Positions 13,140-25,489 of a stretch of 53,402 nucleotides of DNA are shown here, piece by piece. This DNA comes from Batkoa obscura. Its lineage: Eukaryota. How positions within the stretch are numbered: position 1 is the stretch's first letter; each line of letters opens with the position of its first letter. The notes below the pieces were generated by a model that was given only the letters and a program-made list of their open reading frames with translations, was not told the origin of the DNA and made no database searches. The stretch lies in contig JASVEC010000110.1 in NCBI GenBank assembly GCA_030770535.1, positions 1 through 53,402 of the forward strand. Direction: 5' to 3'. Both the position numbers and the translations under genes were made by a program.

Positions 13140-15393
13140 ATATATTTAAACAAATTCATAAAATAAATAGTAGTTTGAATGTTAATCTTGATTTTTTTGC
13201 TGAGCATCATGGAAAGAGTATAGTTGATGGACATTTTGGAAACCTTTCAAAACGGAAAAGTAGTTTTGAAGCGTTAGGTAAAATAGAAGGTATCAATCAA
13301 TTAATTTCAAGATTTGAGGCTTTTATTTGCGAGCATAATAAAATTAATAACTCGACTGTTAACAATAGGAAAACAGATATAATTTTTAAAAAGGATGAAA
13401 GAAACAAAAATACAAAAAGAATAATAGAGATCCAAGGCATTAAGAAGTATTTACACTCTATTAAACATAAAAATAAACTACATTGTTATCCAGTATCTGA
13501 TACATCAAAAAAAAGCGATATAGTTCCAATTAAAGTTATAGAGTCTATAGAAAATAGAAAAATTAAAAGATCAATCCCAGCTTACCTTACAAAAATAACA
13601 GAGAATTTAAAAAGTTCGATATTTAATAAGCAAGTAGTTTGTTAAATGATAGAAGTAGATCATCAAATGTTAAGATTACTAATTTATTAATAGCTAAGTC
13701 AATAAATAGTCAAAGAACAAGTGATTGCAATAATATGTAAAAACTATTACTATTTGTACTATATAGGGATAGTTAATTATAATTTTGGAGCTAATCATTC
13801 CCTCCCATGCAGCTATTTATTAACTTAGAAATATATTAATAATGTAATTATAACATTAAAATAGTCTATTTGTTTGATAACAAATCTGCAATATTGGTTA
13901 TAAAGCAGTCAATAATAAACATTTCCAATAAAGTTTTATAATAACATGTATTTAAGATCTAGTAGAAATTCAATTAACTTAGAGTACAAACTATAATAGC
14001 ATAATTTAGAACTGTGTCCGGGTACTTTTTTTAATAAAAGAATTGCTTTTATAGAATTTTAAGTGAAGTTTTTAAAATACAAAATATTTAAAAAATTGGA
14101 TAAAATAATGAAACTAATTCAGACAACCCCATATACTCATTGAAAAAAGCAGTGAAGTCGGAAGATATAAAATTACAAACTAAAATATGCGTTGGAACAA
14201 CTGGTTTTTTTGGATACTTTCCATTGAAAGAAAATGAAAAAAAGTAAGAAACCAATACCTAAATAAAGCGAAACAATAATTGCTTCAAAATTCCAGGGAT
14301 ACTGTTATCTACCCCAGTTTAAGCCTAATGCTATAAGTGAAGTAAAGATGAGTAAAGTAATTGAACCTAAATAATCGACTCTGGCTAACTTTTCTTTCAT
14401 GTTTTCTTTATAAGTAAGTAAACGAGGGAAAAATCCAATAACAAACATAGCTATTAAACAAACTGGAATATTAATATAGAAACGCTACCTCCAACTAGCT
14501 TTTTCAGTAAGGGCGCCGCCTATCAATGGACCAACAACTGAAGCAGTAGTAACGTTAGCTCCAACCATACTTATAAAGATGCTCTTCTTCTTAATGAAAC
14601 AGTATCCGATATAATAATAACTGAAAGGGCTATAAGGCCACCACCGATACCAACAATAGCACGACAAATAATTAATATCTCAATAGTTTGTGCAGCACCA
14701 CATAGTACTGAATCAACTAAAAAGATATCAAGGGCAAATAACATAACAGCACGTCGACCAAAAATATCAGAAAACTTACCATATACAGATTGGAAGGCCA
14801 TTTTTGTTAATAGATAAGAAGTAGCTACCCAAGTTACTTGATCAAATGCGTTAAAATCGGAAGCTATGTTTTCTAAGTAGCAATAATTGTATTGTCTAAA
14901 GCAGCTAAAAAAATAGATGATATTAAAACTAACGTAACTAAAATAAAGTTCGTTTTCGTTATTTTGACTTTTGCTTGATCAAGCGTAGAAGGATTAACTG
15001 AGATTTGACATTTTAATTATTTTTCATTGCCATGGATGCTAGAAGCATCATCAGTTTGAGTATTTATAGAAGACATTTCTATACCAAAAGTAATATCTAA
15101 TTAATCAGGTTAAGAAAAAAATCCATTACCTTTATATACTTTTAGTTGTTACCATTAAGCTAATTAACCTTTTATACTATTAGAAATTAAATTTGTTGAA
15201 ACTTAAATCGAGAAGTTGTTTACACTATAATTAATTCACTTAATTTGGTATATTTTTATTAGTAATGCGATTTTTACATATTTTATATCAAATTTTTATA
15301 AATTATAATAGCTCTTTCCATAAAGTTATATTGATGATTCTTTGATTGAAATAATAATAATAATATATTAGCAAGCGTTTATTTTATCCATAT

Positions 15394-15489
15394 GAGAATG
15401 TATTTTTTGTTTAGGGATTTTACTAATAATTTTTCCACTCAAATAGCGCTTACAAAATGGAAAAAGCGATGAAACTAGAAAAATATTCC
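15394..15489 (-). mobile_element. ~99-bp MITE copy (diverged)
   Basis: Reverse match to consensus. Confidence 0.75.
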
Positions 15490-15779
15490 AATATATATTA
15501 TAGTAAAGCTAATTAATAAACAATAACAAAAAATCTAACTATCTAAATACCATACTAAAGATATCTAAATATGACTTAAATGCTTAATTTTTTTAGACTG
15601 ATTTTAAACAAATTGATAAATATCAAATAAAAATAGATATTAAACCTACACTTAATATTTATAATAACGATGTTATTATAAACTAATTTGTTTAAAGGCG
15701 GATATCTTTATTTGGTTATACTTTAGGGATTTCAAAAAGAACTAATCATTCTAATTGATATCTACCTAAAAAAAGGTAT

Positions 15780-15878
15780 GAGGGTGTTTTTTTTGGTTTC
15801 ATTACTTTTTCTATCTTTTAAGCACTATTTGAGTGGAAAAGTTATTGGTGAAATTCTTAAATATAAAAACACATCCCC
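15780..15878 (+). mobile_element. ~99-bp MITE copy
   Basis: Matches consensus; flanks GTAT/ATAT. Confidence 0.85.
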
Positions 15879-16066
15879 ATATATTAAAAAATGATACTGT
15901 ATTAAATATAAAAAGGCGAAATAAGAATATGAATTTGCCTTTTTAGAAAAGCAATAAAGTTCTAAATAGAAAAGAAAGCTTAATCATGTTTATTATCATA
16001 AAGACAATCAAGTATATAAAGATAGTTGAATATATTTAGGAGATTATCAAAAAATAATAAGCGTTA

Positions 16067-16690
16067 ATGATCAAGACAGAAAATCAATTTTTATCTAATT
16101 CGAATTATGGCGAGGATAATGAGGAATTACCTTCTTATTACGAAGATCCAACAATTGAATTTCCAACTACAAGTAACTTAATTTTTTATAACTATGAAAA
16201 ATACAAAATTCAACGTCAAGGCTTTTTATGGCGAGATTTTAATTGTATTAATCAACAAAGTCTGGACACAAGATTCAAGATAAAGACAAAAACAGTTAGT
16301 GGAAAACTTTATGATAATGAAGAAAATAAACTTAAAATTAAGAACATCCGTTACTTTAGTCACAAAATTAAATGGGATATTGAATATATTGGTAAACATT
16401 CAAAGTTATATACTAATTTACAATTAGTTCGTAAATCATTTCAATTAAGAAGGCATTTTATTATTCGTTTAACTAAATCTGATGATCAAATCATTGAATA
16501 TCATGTTATAAATAATTCAAATATCCCTATTAGTTGGATCCTTTATCCTAAAGAGGAACCTAGCAATATTCTACTTAAGTATGAATCCCATGTATTTAAA
16601 GACTCTATCTTACATGTTTATCCTAACCTCGATGTTGAAGATTTAAAGATATTTTTGTTAGTTATGCTTTTTGCAATAAGCTATGATTAA
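16067..16690 (+). CDS. Hypothetical protein, possibly LURP-one/Tubby-C-like fold, with N-terminal LPSY motif
   Basis: 207-aa uninterrupted ORF with upstream TATAAA; beta-strand-like body and C-terminal VYPNLD..hydrophobic helix. The fold call is only an impression. Confidence 0.6.
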   Translation: MIKTENQFLSNSNYGEDNEELPSYYEDPTIEFPTTSNLIFYNYEKYKIQRQGFLWRDFNCINQQSLDTRFKIKTKTVSGKLYDNEENKLKIKNIRYFSHKIKWDIEYIGKHSKLYTNLQLVRKSFQLRRHFIIRLTKSDDQIIEYHVINNSNIPISWILYPKEEPSNILLKYESHVFKDSILHVYPNLDVEDLKIFLLVMLFAISYD

Positions 16691-17344
16691 ATAAACGATT
16701 TGTTTTTATTAAGTATACCTTTTTTTAAATCTAAAAAAGTTCTGATATCAAATTTGACTTTAGCTGTTATCAGACTTTGTACTAAAACGTAAATAATTCA
16801 ATCACAGTAATAAGTATGATTTACAATATCAACTGGGCAACTATTAAAAGCAAAGCAACAAGAATCTTTGGGCGTCTATGAAAGTCAACAATTATTTTAT
16901 TGAATAGACAAAAATGACAAGTATTTAAGGCAAAAGAAAACAGCTTCAAAAATTTAACAAAAATATCTTATTATGCTAGTTAAACTTAAAGGATAGATTA
17001 TTAGATTTTCCTAGTTTACTTACAATTGCTGATTAAGAGCAAACTTTTATGTTTAGTCAAACGTATCCATATACTTTTGATTTCTTATTTTAATAAAAGA
17101 ATTTAAAATGAAAAAAAAAGGCGACGATATTGTTTTTATTGAGCTGAAATCCTAGTCCAAACTAATTTCTTATTTAATTAGTCAAAATAATAACTTTTTG
17201 AAAAAAGGCAAAATTAGTCTTTTACACTACTTATCTGATTATTTTATATCAGCCTGCTTAATACACTCTAAGATCAAGTAGTATATCGTCTTTTAAAAAG
17301 AGTTAATATCAAGTTTTTAAATGACTCCTTTCTATCTAATATAT

Positions 17345-17443
17345 GGGGATGTATTTTTGTGTTTAAGAATTTTACTAACAAATTTTCCACTTAAATAGCG
17401 CTTAAAAAATGGAAAAAATAATGAAGTCAAAAAAAACACCCCC
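17345..17443 (-). mobile_element. ~99-bp MITE copy
   Basis: Near-consensus; flanks ATAT/GTAT. Confidence 0.9.
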
Positions 17444-17857
17444 GTATCTTTTTTTATACTGTTTTGTTCTAAAATAAAGCTTCTTTTAGATTATTCTAAT
17501 TTAAACTCTAATTTAGTTGCACTTCCAAATGATTTTGACATTATTTTAAATTAACATGATGAGGATTTTATCAAATAAAAAAACACTTTTATTAAAAAGC
17601 TTCCTAGGATCTTAGATACAGTTCTTTTTAAATAATAAGATAACAATTTTTTTGAAATTTTATACATATTGTCATTATTTATAAACACTGTTATTATACT
17701 ACTTTTTTGTTTTTATGTTTTTATGTTTTTATAGCAGTTGATTTAAACTTAATAAAAAGTAATTAGTTTTTTTAGTTGGTTTGTATTTTAAAGAGATGGT
17801 TATTTATTACAATAAATAACTAAGTTAAATAGACTGTTTTTTTTTGATAATGCCAAC

Positions 17858-18302
17858 TGTGAAATCTGGTACTCAGGGTTTGGAGTCAAGAACAGCTATT
17901 GCTGGGTTGACTACACTATAAGTCAAAAGGTCTTAGGTTATGTAGCTAAGATAGACTCAAATCATGAAGCATAGCACATAATAAGCTATGGACTATATAA
18001 AATAGGTAGAATAGACAATACTACTATAAAGTCTATATAAAATAAATATTAAGAAAACTTAGTGGCTTTATTAAATGTTCGAGATATCAGGGATTAATTC
18101 AGTTAAAAAGCCTTGAGCTATTATGTTCTAAGATCTCTTTTATACTTCAATCAAGTATAGGTATTAAAACATGGTTAATAAGTTCTTTCTAGTTAGGCAA
18201 TAGAAATTCACTCAGCAAATAAAACTGCAACTAGAATTATAAACAAGTTAGATAATTATTATGTTATCATTAATCCGAGAACTAATAAAGCAATATTTCA
18301 CA
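17858..18302 (-). mobile_element. Probable solo LTR (445 bp), second copy
   Basis: TGTGAAAT...ATTTCACA ends, 4-bp TSD CAAC, reverse-complement homolog of 11476-11939. Confidence 0.75.
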
Positions 18303-18797
18303 CAACTTAAAAAACAGTTTTTAAGTTAATATTTAATCAAATACTCATAAATTATTTCATAATATATTTTGTTAGATCTTGACAAAGTTGTGTATAATAG
18401 CTATAAACAAAATCTGAGAAAAAAAAATAATACATCATCTTTAAAAGCATTTATCACTTTAATTAATAGACTTAGATTTCCATTGCTTGTATTGCATAAA
18501 TATCTTGGTATTGTTAAATCAATAGTTTTTTTAAGTCTTAAAAAACTTAGAAAATAAATACTTTAAAATCATCTTCTAAATCATAGAATTACTGATTAAA
18601 AATAATTTATATATTATACGGGATGCTAGTTAAAGTTTGAAGGTTATATTTATAAAAACAGATTTTACTGAATTATTATTATAGCTTATAATTTTTCGAG
18701 TTAATATCTACTTATCTAAATTTCGTTCTAATTTTTACTATTTATAATTTAAATGTAAACAAAAAATAGTCTTTAATAATAATAAAAGTTAGAATAT

Positions 18798-18896
18798 GGG
18801 AGTGTTTTTTTTGACTTCATTATTTTTTCCATTTTTTAAGCGCTATTTGAGCGGAAAATTTGTTGGTAAAATTGTTAAACACAAAAATACATCCCC
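18798..18896 (+). mobile_element. ~99-bp MITE copy
   Basis: Near-consensus; ATAT/ATAT. Confidence 0.9.
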
Positions 18897-19300
18897 ATAT
18901 GTTTTTATTTATGTTTGAAAATGTTCAAATGTTGTTTTTTATATAAGCCTACTATTTTCTATAGAATGCTGTTTTATTTTAAACCAAATATTATTTCTAT
19001 AAAGTCTGGTTTTCATAAAGCTGAAAGCTTTTAACTAAAAAATGTATTTATGATGTCAATTTTAAAAAGCTTAAAGAGCTACAAGTAAGCAGATTTTGAT
19101 GATTATTTAATAATTGAGAAATATTAAATCAAATTATTGACTAGTTTACAAAAGCAAGTTTAAACGTTTACCTCATATCCTAGACTACTGTTATATAATT
19201 AAAAAATAAATATTCTGAAAAATAATTGGATAGTATTATGCTTTATTATTGGTCGATTTATTGCAAATAACTCGAAAATTTATCTTTTTCAGTAGTATAT

Positions 19301-19392
19301 GGGAATGTATTTTTATGTTTGAGAATTTTACTAACAATTTTTCCATTCAAATAGTACTCAAAGATAAAAGTGAAGTCAAAAAAGATCCCCTC
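19301..19392 (-). mobile_element. ~99-bp MITE copy (small internal deletion)
   Basis: Reverse match to consensus. Confidence 0.8.
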
Positions 19393-19616
19393 ACATACTT
19401 ATGTAGATTCTTAGGTTATAAATTCCTAACTTTTATTCGTTTAATTTCAGCCAATAATCAAGCTGAAGATTTACAGTTACTTAATTAAGTAAATTGCCAA
19501 CCCTTATTTCAATTCCAATCCAAATGTTTCCTTTGAAAAATATAAATACAAGCATGAATTTTTTTACGAGGAAATCTTAAAGTACTCTTTTAATATTTGA
19601 AAAAAGCTAAACTAAA

Positions 19617-20049
19617 ATGAGTCTTGATTTTGATTTGGATGACCAAACCAAAGTTTTTATTTCTTTTGAAGGTTTATTTAATGGTAACGAAGAGTTTGAT
19701 TACAATGATTACAGTAATTATATGGAGCAAAGGGATGAAAATTATTATCTTTCGATTGCAAGCAATATTGTACCACTAGATTTATTTGGTAAGTATATTA
19801 AATTGTTATATCATACTTTAGCTATTTCTAATGTTTGATTTAGAGTTTGCTAGTGAAAGTGACTTAAGCTCTGATAACTATTTATTGTTTGAATTCTTTG
19901 ACTTGAACAATATATTACCTTCATCGCCCTATGATACTAATACTGAAGATGACTCTGGGCTTCCTAGATCATATTCGAGTATCAGTCTCACCTCTTCAGA
20001 AGGTTTATCTAGCCACCCCAATGAAGGCTTGCCTTGGTTAAGAAAGTAG
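19617..20049 (+). CDS. Small acidic hypothetical protein (intron 19789-19843)
   Basis: Two ORFs joined in frame by a GTAAGT...CTAAT...TAG intron; about 125 aa, Asp/Glu/Ser/Phe-rich. Confidence 0.55.
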
Positions 20050-20525
20050 CAAACTTGTGTTTAAAAACTGTTCCTCCTTTTGGTATTATATTTATTGGTT
20101 GTGTTTATATAATTACCCCTTATATTTATGATTTTTTAATAAAACTCTTTTGCACGTCATACTTTATTATTACATTTGTCATTTAATTTTACATCACTAT
20201 GCCATTTTTATTTGATCTTAGATAAGATATACTCACTACTTCAGCGCAGTCAGTCATTTATTTGGGTTAAAAATAGCTTTAAAACAGTTAGGCTCCAAGT
20301 TGACATTGACATAATTATATTGATTTATTTTAATCCACCTTGAAATTTAAGATTTAGGTAGTATATAATCTCAATATGGGTTGAGCTTCAATAGCTGATG
20401 CTATTGTTAAAGCTCCTTTACAACATTTCAATCCCTCTATTTATATTAATCCTACCCACCTTCTGAAGGTTTTCTGTTTTTAATTATGTCTTCTATCTAT
20501 ATGAGTAGTAAAAAAAGTAGCATAC

Positions 20526-20621
20526 AGGAGTGTTTTTTTTGACTTCATTATTTTTTCATTTTTTAAACGCTATTTAAGCAGAAAATTTATTAGTAAAATT
20601 CAAACACAAAAATACATCCCC
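20526..20621 (+). mobile_element. ~99-bp MITE copy
   Basis: Matches consensus. Confidence 0.85.
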
Positions 20622-22470
20622 ATATGATACATTTGATAGATTGATTTAAGAATGTATTTGTTTGCTTATCCCATGTTAATTAGAATTTGGGGTTATTCAT
20701 ATTTATTTGATGAAGGTTTTGAAAATACTGTTTAATTACTTTTCCATCATTAATATAAGGGAGTGATAAAGGACTTAAGATCATAAAATAAAATTCCCAG
20801 TTTGATTTTGATTAAACTTACAAAATTTTTATAGTAAATTTTAAAACAAAAAGGTAGATTTTTTTAATGTTCATACTTAGTTTTCATAATTTGTAAAGAA
20901 TCAGAGCTGCGAAAAATTAAGCATTTACTATCAGTTTATAAGTAATCAAAATAGTCAAAACTAAAAATTAGTTCCTTTTGTTTTTTAAAATGCCCTAGAT
21001 GTTTGATAAAAGTGTAGCGAAACTCAAATCTATATTTAACATAGACAGTGCATGTTTAAACTGTACAGGTGATAATATGTAAATACAAACATGGTTTTTT
21101 TTATATATAATTGTTTTCACAAAATGTATTCAATTTAAGTACAAATTCAATTTTTAGTCTATTTCGTTAGGTGCAAAGATCGTGTCAATATATTATATGA
21201 GGCAAACTCCGGCTCTTGCACTATGTGCGAGAAAATGTTGACAGTAAGGTCTTTTTTATTTATTACCTTAATAAGCCTATTGGTAGAAAGGTAGGTACAT
21301 ATAAAAAAGCGGCTAAACAAATAGTAAATGATATTTATTTGTTTTGAAAATAAATAAGTAGTTTAATTATGATAAATACAACTTTGATTTTGAGAGTATA
21401 GAAGACTATGCGTATTATTTTAAAGAATTTGAAAATATTGATATCTAATGTTTCAAAAGTTAATTTATTTTACTGATATTTTAGTATATAATTTATTATA
21501 AAATATTGATGTTGATTTTGATGTCAAAATTGGATTTATAAAATATGTAGAAAATGCTGGACATAAAATATAATAATAAATTAGATCTTTAATTTATTTG
21601 TTTATCCTGTTTTAAGCTAATTATATAATAGATTAGACTAGGTAGGTGGTTAGAAGAGGAGAATATAATGCCTTGCAAAAAAGCTCTTAAAATTCAAAGA
21701 ATTAAAGAAAGGAAAAAAAAACTTTAATTCAACTATCAAACATTATCTGTTTGATAAGGATATGCCTAGATTTAACAGAAGATATAAAAGAGTTCGTTGG
21801 AATATAAGCCCAGAATCAATTGGCAAATAAAAAACTAGGGACTATAAATTAAGGATGTTTCAAGTTATTTAGCCAGGTCACTTTATTTAATTACTATTGA
21901 AACAGTTGATCTAGAGAGGACAGACTCCGATAATTTAGTATAAGTTGGGTTCTTTTTTTGCCGAATTTTTTTAATAAAGTGGTAATCATATTAAGCTAAT
22001 CTTTATATGTGTTAGCTACCAGGTATTGAAAAAAAACATTCACATTTCTTTCATTTAAAAAATTTATTGAATTCACTTATATCAAACAAACATTCATGGT
22101 ATTTCTATATCATTTATCAAGCGACTCATTTATTTCTTAACTTTAATATAATTGTCATGGTTTTATAACCTTTTTTCAATAAACAGAAATATTAAATAGC
22201 TGAATTTTAATTCAATATATTAGATATGTTATGACTATTATTAATATTAGAAACCGTGTTAAAATTGTCTGACATTTAAACGAGTTCAAATGTCTGATCT
22301 GAATCAAATAATTTTTTCATTTTACATTTAGTTTGAATTTGTAAATTTTATACAACTATATGACACTGATGGAGCTTTTCAACCTTTTTGGTAGTGAAAA
22401 ATATTTTGGTAAAGCAAATTAAATGGTAATTATAAAAGCATGCAAACCCTTTAGCTAAAAAATATTATTT

Positions 22471-22567
22471 AAGGATGTCTTTTTTTTAAGAATTCTACTA
22501 ACAGTTTTTTCGCTCAAATAGCATTCAAAAAAATAGAAGAAGTGAGGAAACCAAAAAGATATCCCCC
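22471..22567 (-). mobile_element. ~99-bp MITE copy (diverged)
   Basis: Reverse match to consensus. Confidence 0.65.
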
Positions 22568-23084
22568 GTTTATTCAAAAGATTGTGTATTAAGAGTCAAA
22601 GCTCTTAATATTTATATTCTATGATTTTATTTTAAACAATCCAAAGCTTTGAGGTATTATGATTCTTAAAACTCCTTAGGACTAATATTATTTCGAAAGT
22701 AGCAACTTTCTTGCAACTCAACAATTGATTTGTAATAATTGTTTTCACAAAATTCATCCCTGATTTACTTACTTTGACATTAAACCAAAAATGATTAATG
22801 AAATATTTTTGACCTTAAAATGTATTTTATGAATAAAATTCATAATTTTTTGAGAAAATGATACTCTTCTTTTGAATTTTGTAAGACTTTAAACCTTTAT
22901 CGCAAGAAGGATATTAAAAACTATCTAATCGTCTAAGAAGAGTATATTTAAGATGTTAGGATTGAACTAAAGCACTAGTCATAAACGTTAAAAATTATGG
23001 AAAATACCTCTAACGTTATCAAGGTTTTCCCCAAATTATATATGTACTAAGATATTAATAGTAAATCAAGGCTTTAATTGATTA

Positions 23085-23300
23085 CTAATGACTTTTTTAT
23101 AAATGGTAAATAAGGGCCAAGTGACGATAAATAGGTAAGATATAGCATTAAGAATATATGGGGATGGATTTTTGTGTTTAAGAATTTTACTAACAATTTT
23201 TCCGCTTAAATAACCCTTAAAAAATGGAAAAAATAATGAAGTCAAAAAACACTGTCATATACTAAAAATTATAACAAATGTATCAATTCAATTGCTATTT
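23085..23300 (-). pseudogene. Relic of a family A gene, split by a MITE
   Basis: Minus strand reads SN*IDTFV.. then, past the MITE, LNAISYLFIVTWP..LFTIYKK, matching FNIVSCLFIVTWPLSMIYKK of copy 2. Confidence 0.6.
23160..23256 (-). mobile_element. ~99-bp MITE copy
   Basis: Reverse match; ATAT/ATAT. Confidence 0.85.
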
Positions 23301-23331
23301 CAAGCTTTGAGCTACTTTCTACTTAATACAT

Positions 23332-23429
23332 GGGGGTATTTTTTTGACTTCATTGTTTTTTCCATCTTTTAAGCATTATTTTAGTAAAAAAGTTGTTAGT
23401 AGAATTCTTAAATACAAGAGTACATCCTC
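23332..23429 (+). mobile_element. ~99-bp MITE copy
   Basis: Matches consensus. Confidence 0.8.
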
Positions 23430-25390
23430 ATATACTTATTGTGATATTATGATAATCGGTTTCAGTTCTTATAGTTTATTTGATATTTTTGATTTAAATT
23501 ATTATAATCCTATACAATGCTCTTCACTAGTTTAATCCCCTTGAAAGTGAAGTTTGATTTAGCATATATTTTAATTTCTTATCCAGGTTCATGACTAGTT
23601 TCCATACTTATTTGGATTATCCGCCTTATTTTTGTGGCATACAAAAGGTCATGTCAAGCTCCTTCTAGACATATACTACGTCTATCGTCTTCTTTCGCTA
23701 TTTACATGACGATGTTCAATTATGTAGTAAGCTTTGCTGTGATTAACTAATAAGAGCTATTATTAGATAAGTATGAAAAATCTTATTAAAAATAAGCAGT
23801 TACCTCGAATCTTAATCTTCAACTAAGTCGCTTAATAATGTTAAAAGGTCCAAATTATTTAAATAATTCTTATTCCCCTTTATTGATCCTTGATCACCCT
23901 TCTTATGAACGTTTTTGGACCTTCTCGTGGTTGCTCAATCACTTCATAAATTGGGAATTTCAAGTGTTTACTGGAGCAAGGTGTTTGTCCTATATTTTTC
24001 TTAATGCCGCGTTTGAATTATGCTTATTGAAGACTATTTCTCAACCATTAATATGAAATAACAAAAAATGTTTTTATTATTTACAAAATCTAATACTTTT
24101 TTCCAAAACTTATATTTGTTTGTGTAGTAGTGCAAAATTTATTAATGTCTAAGCTATTTTGATCGTTTTAGCACAAATTAACTTTTAATAATCTGGTGTT
24201 AAAGACTTAAAAGAGTGACTTTTTTAATTAAATTTCTATATTCCAAAAAATAGGGTTGTTGGAATTAAAGCAACTTAGAGTTAATTATAAATTTGACATT
24301 GTTATTTTGATACAAAAAACAAGCAAGGAACCACCAATAATAGATTGAAATTAGCAGTTACAATAATAAATTCTAGTCCAGATATTTAATACTATAAAAG
24401 TTTTCCATAAGCTGAGTATTTAGTGATATGTTTGCAGTGAACGATGCCTTCAATTGATCCTCAAGCTATGTTTAAAGTTGAATTACAAGGGATATATAGC
24501 AACCAAATCGCAAGATACAATATTAATAACGATGAACAAAAGGTTGATAAAAAAACTAGTAATAATACTATTGCTTTAAAATAAAAAGTCTCAAATCAGA
24601 TTCGGTATTATAAATACAGATAGAGTTTTTTTAATAATGATCCATCCATATTGAATTTCATCTTGTGAAAATATTGTAGTCTATAAAGTTTAACTTTTAA
24701 ATCTACTGTTAATCATGTAGGTTACGAATTAAATAACTCATAATCCTAATATAGCCTTCTACTGTATTTATTGAATCCTTTAATATTATTCTGAACACAT
24801 CGGTATATGTTAACAATACTAGGTATTCATAAAACTAAAGTATCTTTTCTATAACTATGTTCAAAAGCCTTCTTTGAAAATATTTTATATTTATAATTAA
24901 GAAATAAATTTGTATTGCCAAATTTATATTGTTTAATTAAAACAAATCGGTTTTTGTTTCTCAAAACTAAAATCTATAATATGATAACTAAATTTTGTAT
25001 TAGCACCTCTTTTGAGGTTAACAGTTATAAAGTTAGCACCAATCCAGACTCCCTATCAAAAAGTCCCCACACTCATGTCTATTCTTCTTCCTTGCTTTAT
25101 GCCTAAACAAACGTAAAGTCCAATACAGATTTTGGCCAAATTTGAGTTGTATTATTCAAAGCCTGATATTAAAGAGTTACAAAGGTAGGTTAAAAAGTTT
25201 CCAGAAGTGGTAATTTTGGTTAACAAGCTATAAAAAAATTTACACTAATATATTGTATGTATTATAAATAAGATATATACAAAGTTTTACATTGGCCAAA
25301 TAACTATTCTCTAAAACATGGGCACTGCTAATGAAATTCTTTTTACAGTTTTTTATTTGACTCCTAACAAAAAAACTTATTACATTATAT

Positions 25391-25489
25391 GGGGATGTAT
25401 TTTTTCATTTAAGAATTTTGTTAACAATTTTTCCACTTAAATAGCATTTAAAAGATGGAAAAAGTAATGAAATCAAAAAAAACATCCTC
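25391..25489 (-). mobile_element. ~99-bp MITE copy
   Basis: Reverse match; ATAT/ATAT. Confidence 0.88.

Larger units (their letters stand above)
11418..13645 (+). pseudogene. Disrupted Sola2-like transposase
   Basis: Fragments carry MDLCNTC, ILDFK*NM (DFxEN), IWADTGNDFRS and FFAEHHGKSIVDGHFG, i.e. a DDD triad. Interrupted by a solo LTR, a MITE, frameshifts and a TAG. Subfamily assignment is from remembered motifs, not a search. Confidence 0.7.
11125..14130 (+). mobile_element. Sola2-like DDD DNA transposon (3006 bp), decayed
   Basis: TIRs GGGGTTGTCCGGATTGGTTTCA / TGAAACTAATTCAGACAACCCC (19 of 22 match). ATAT on both flanks (11121-11124, 14131-14134). Removal restores colinearity with the MFS paralog. 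Confidence 0.85.
10500..15076 (-). pseudogene. DHA2-type (14-TMS) MFS drug:H+ antiporter pseudogene split by a 3-kb transposon
   Basis: 5' part 15076-14135 (YGKFSDIFGRR, GPLIGGALTEKASWR) and 3' part 11124-10500 are colinear with the paralog at 49525-51147; several stops and frameshifts. Confidence 0.85.

Noticed and set aside
20900..21950. Coding-like patches (also 23540-24060)
   Set aside because: No sustained frame or recognisable motif.
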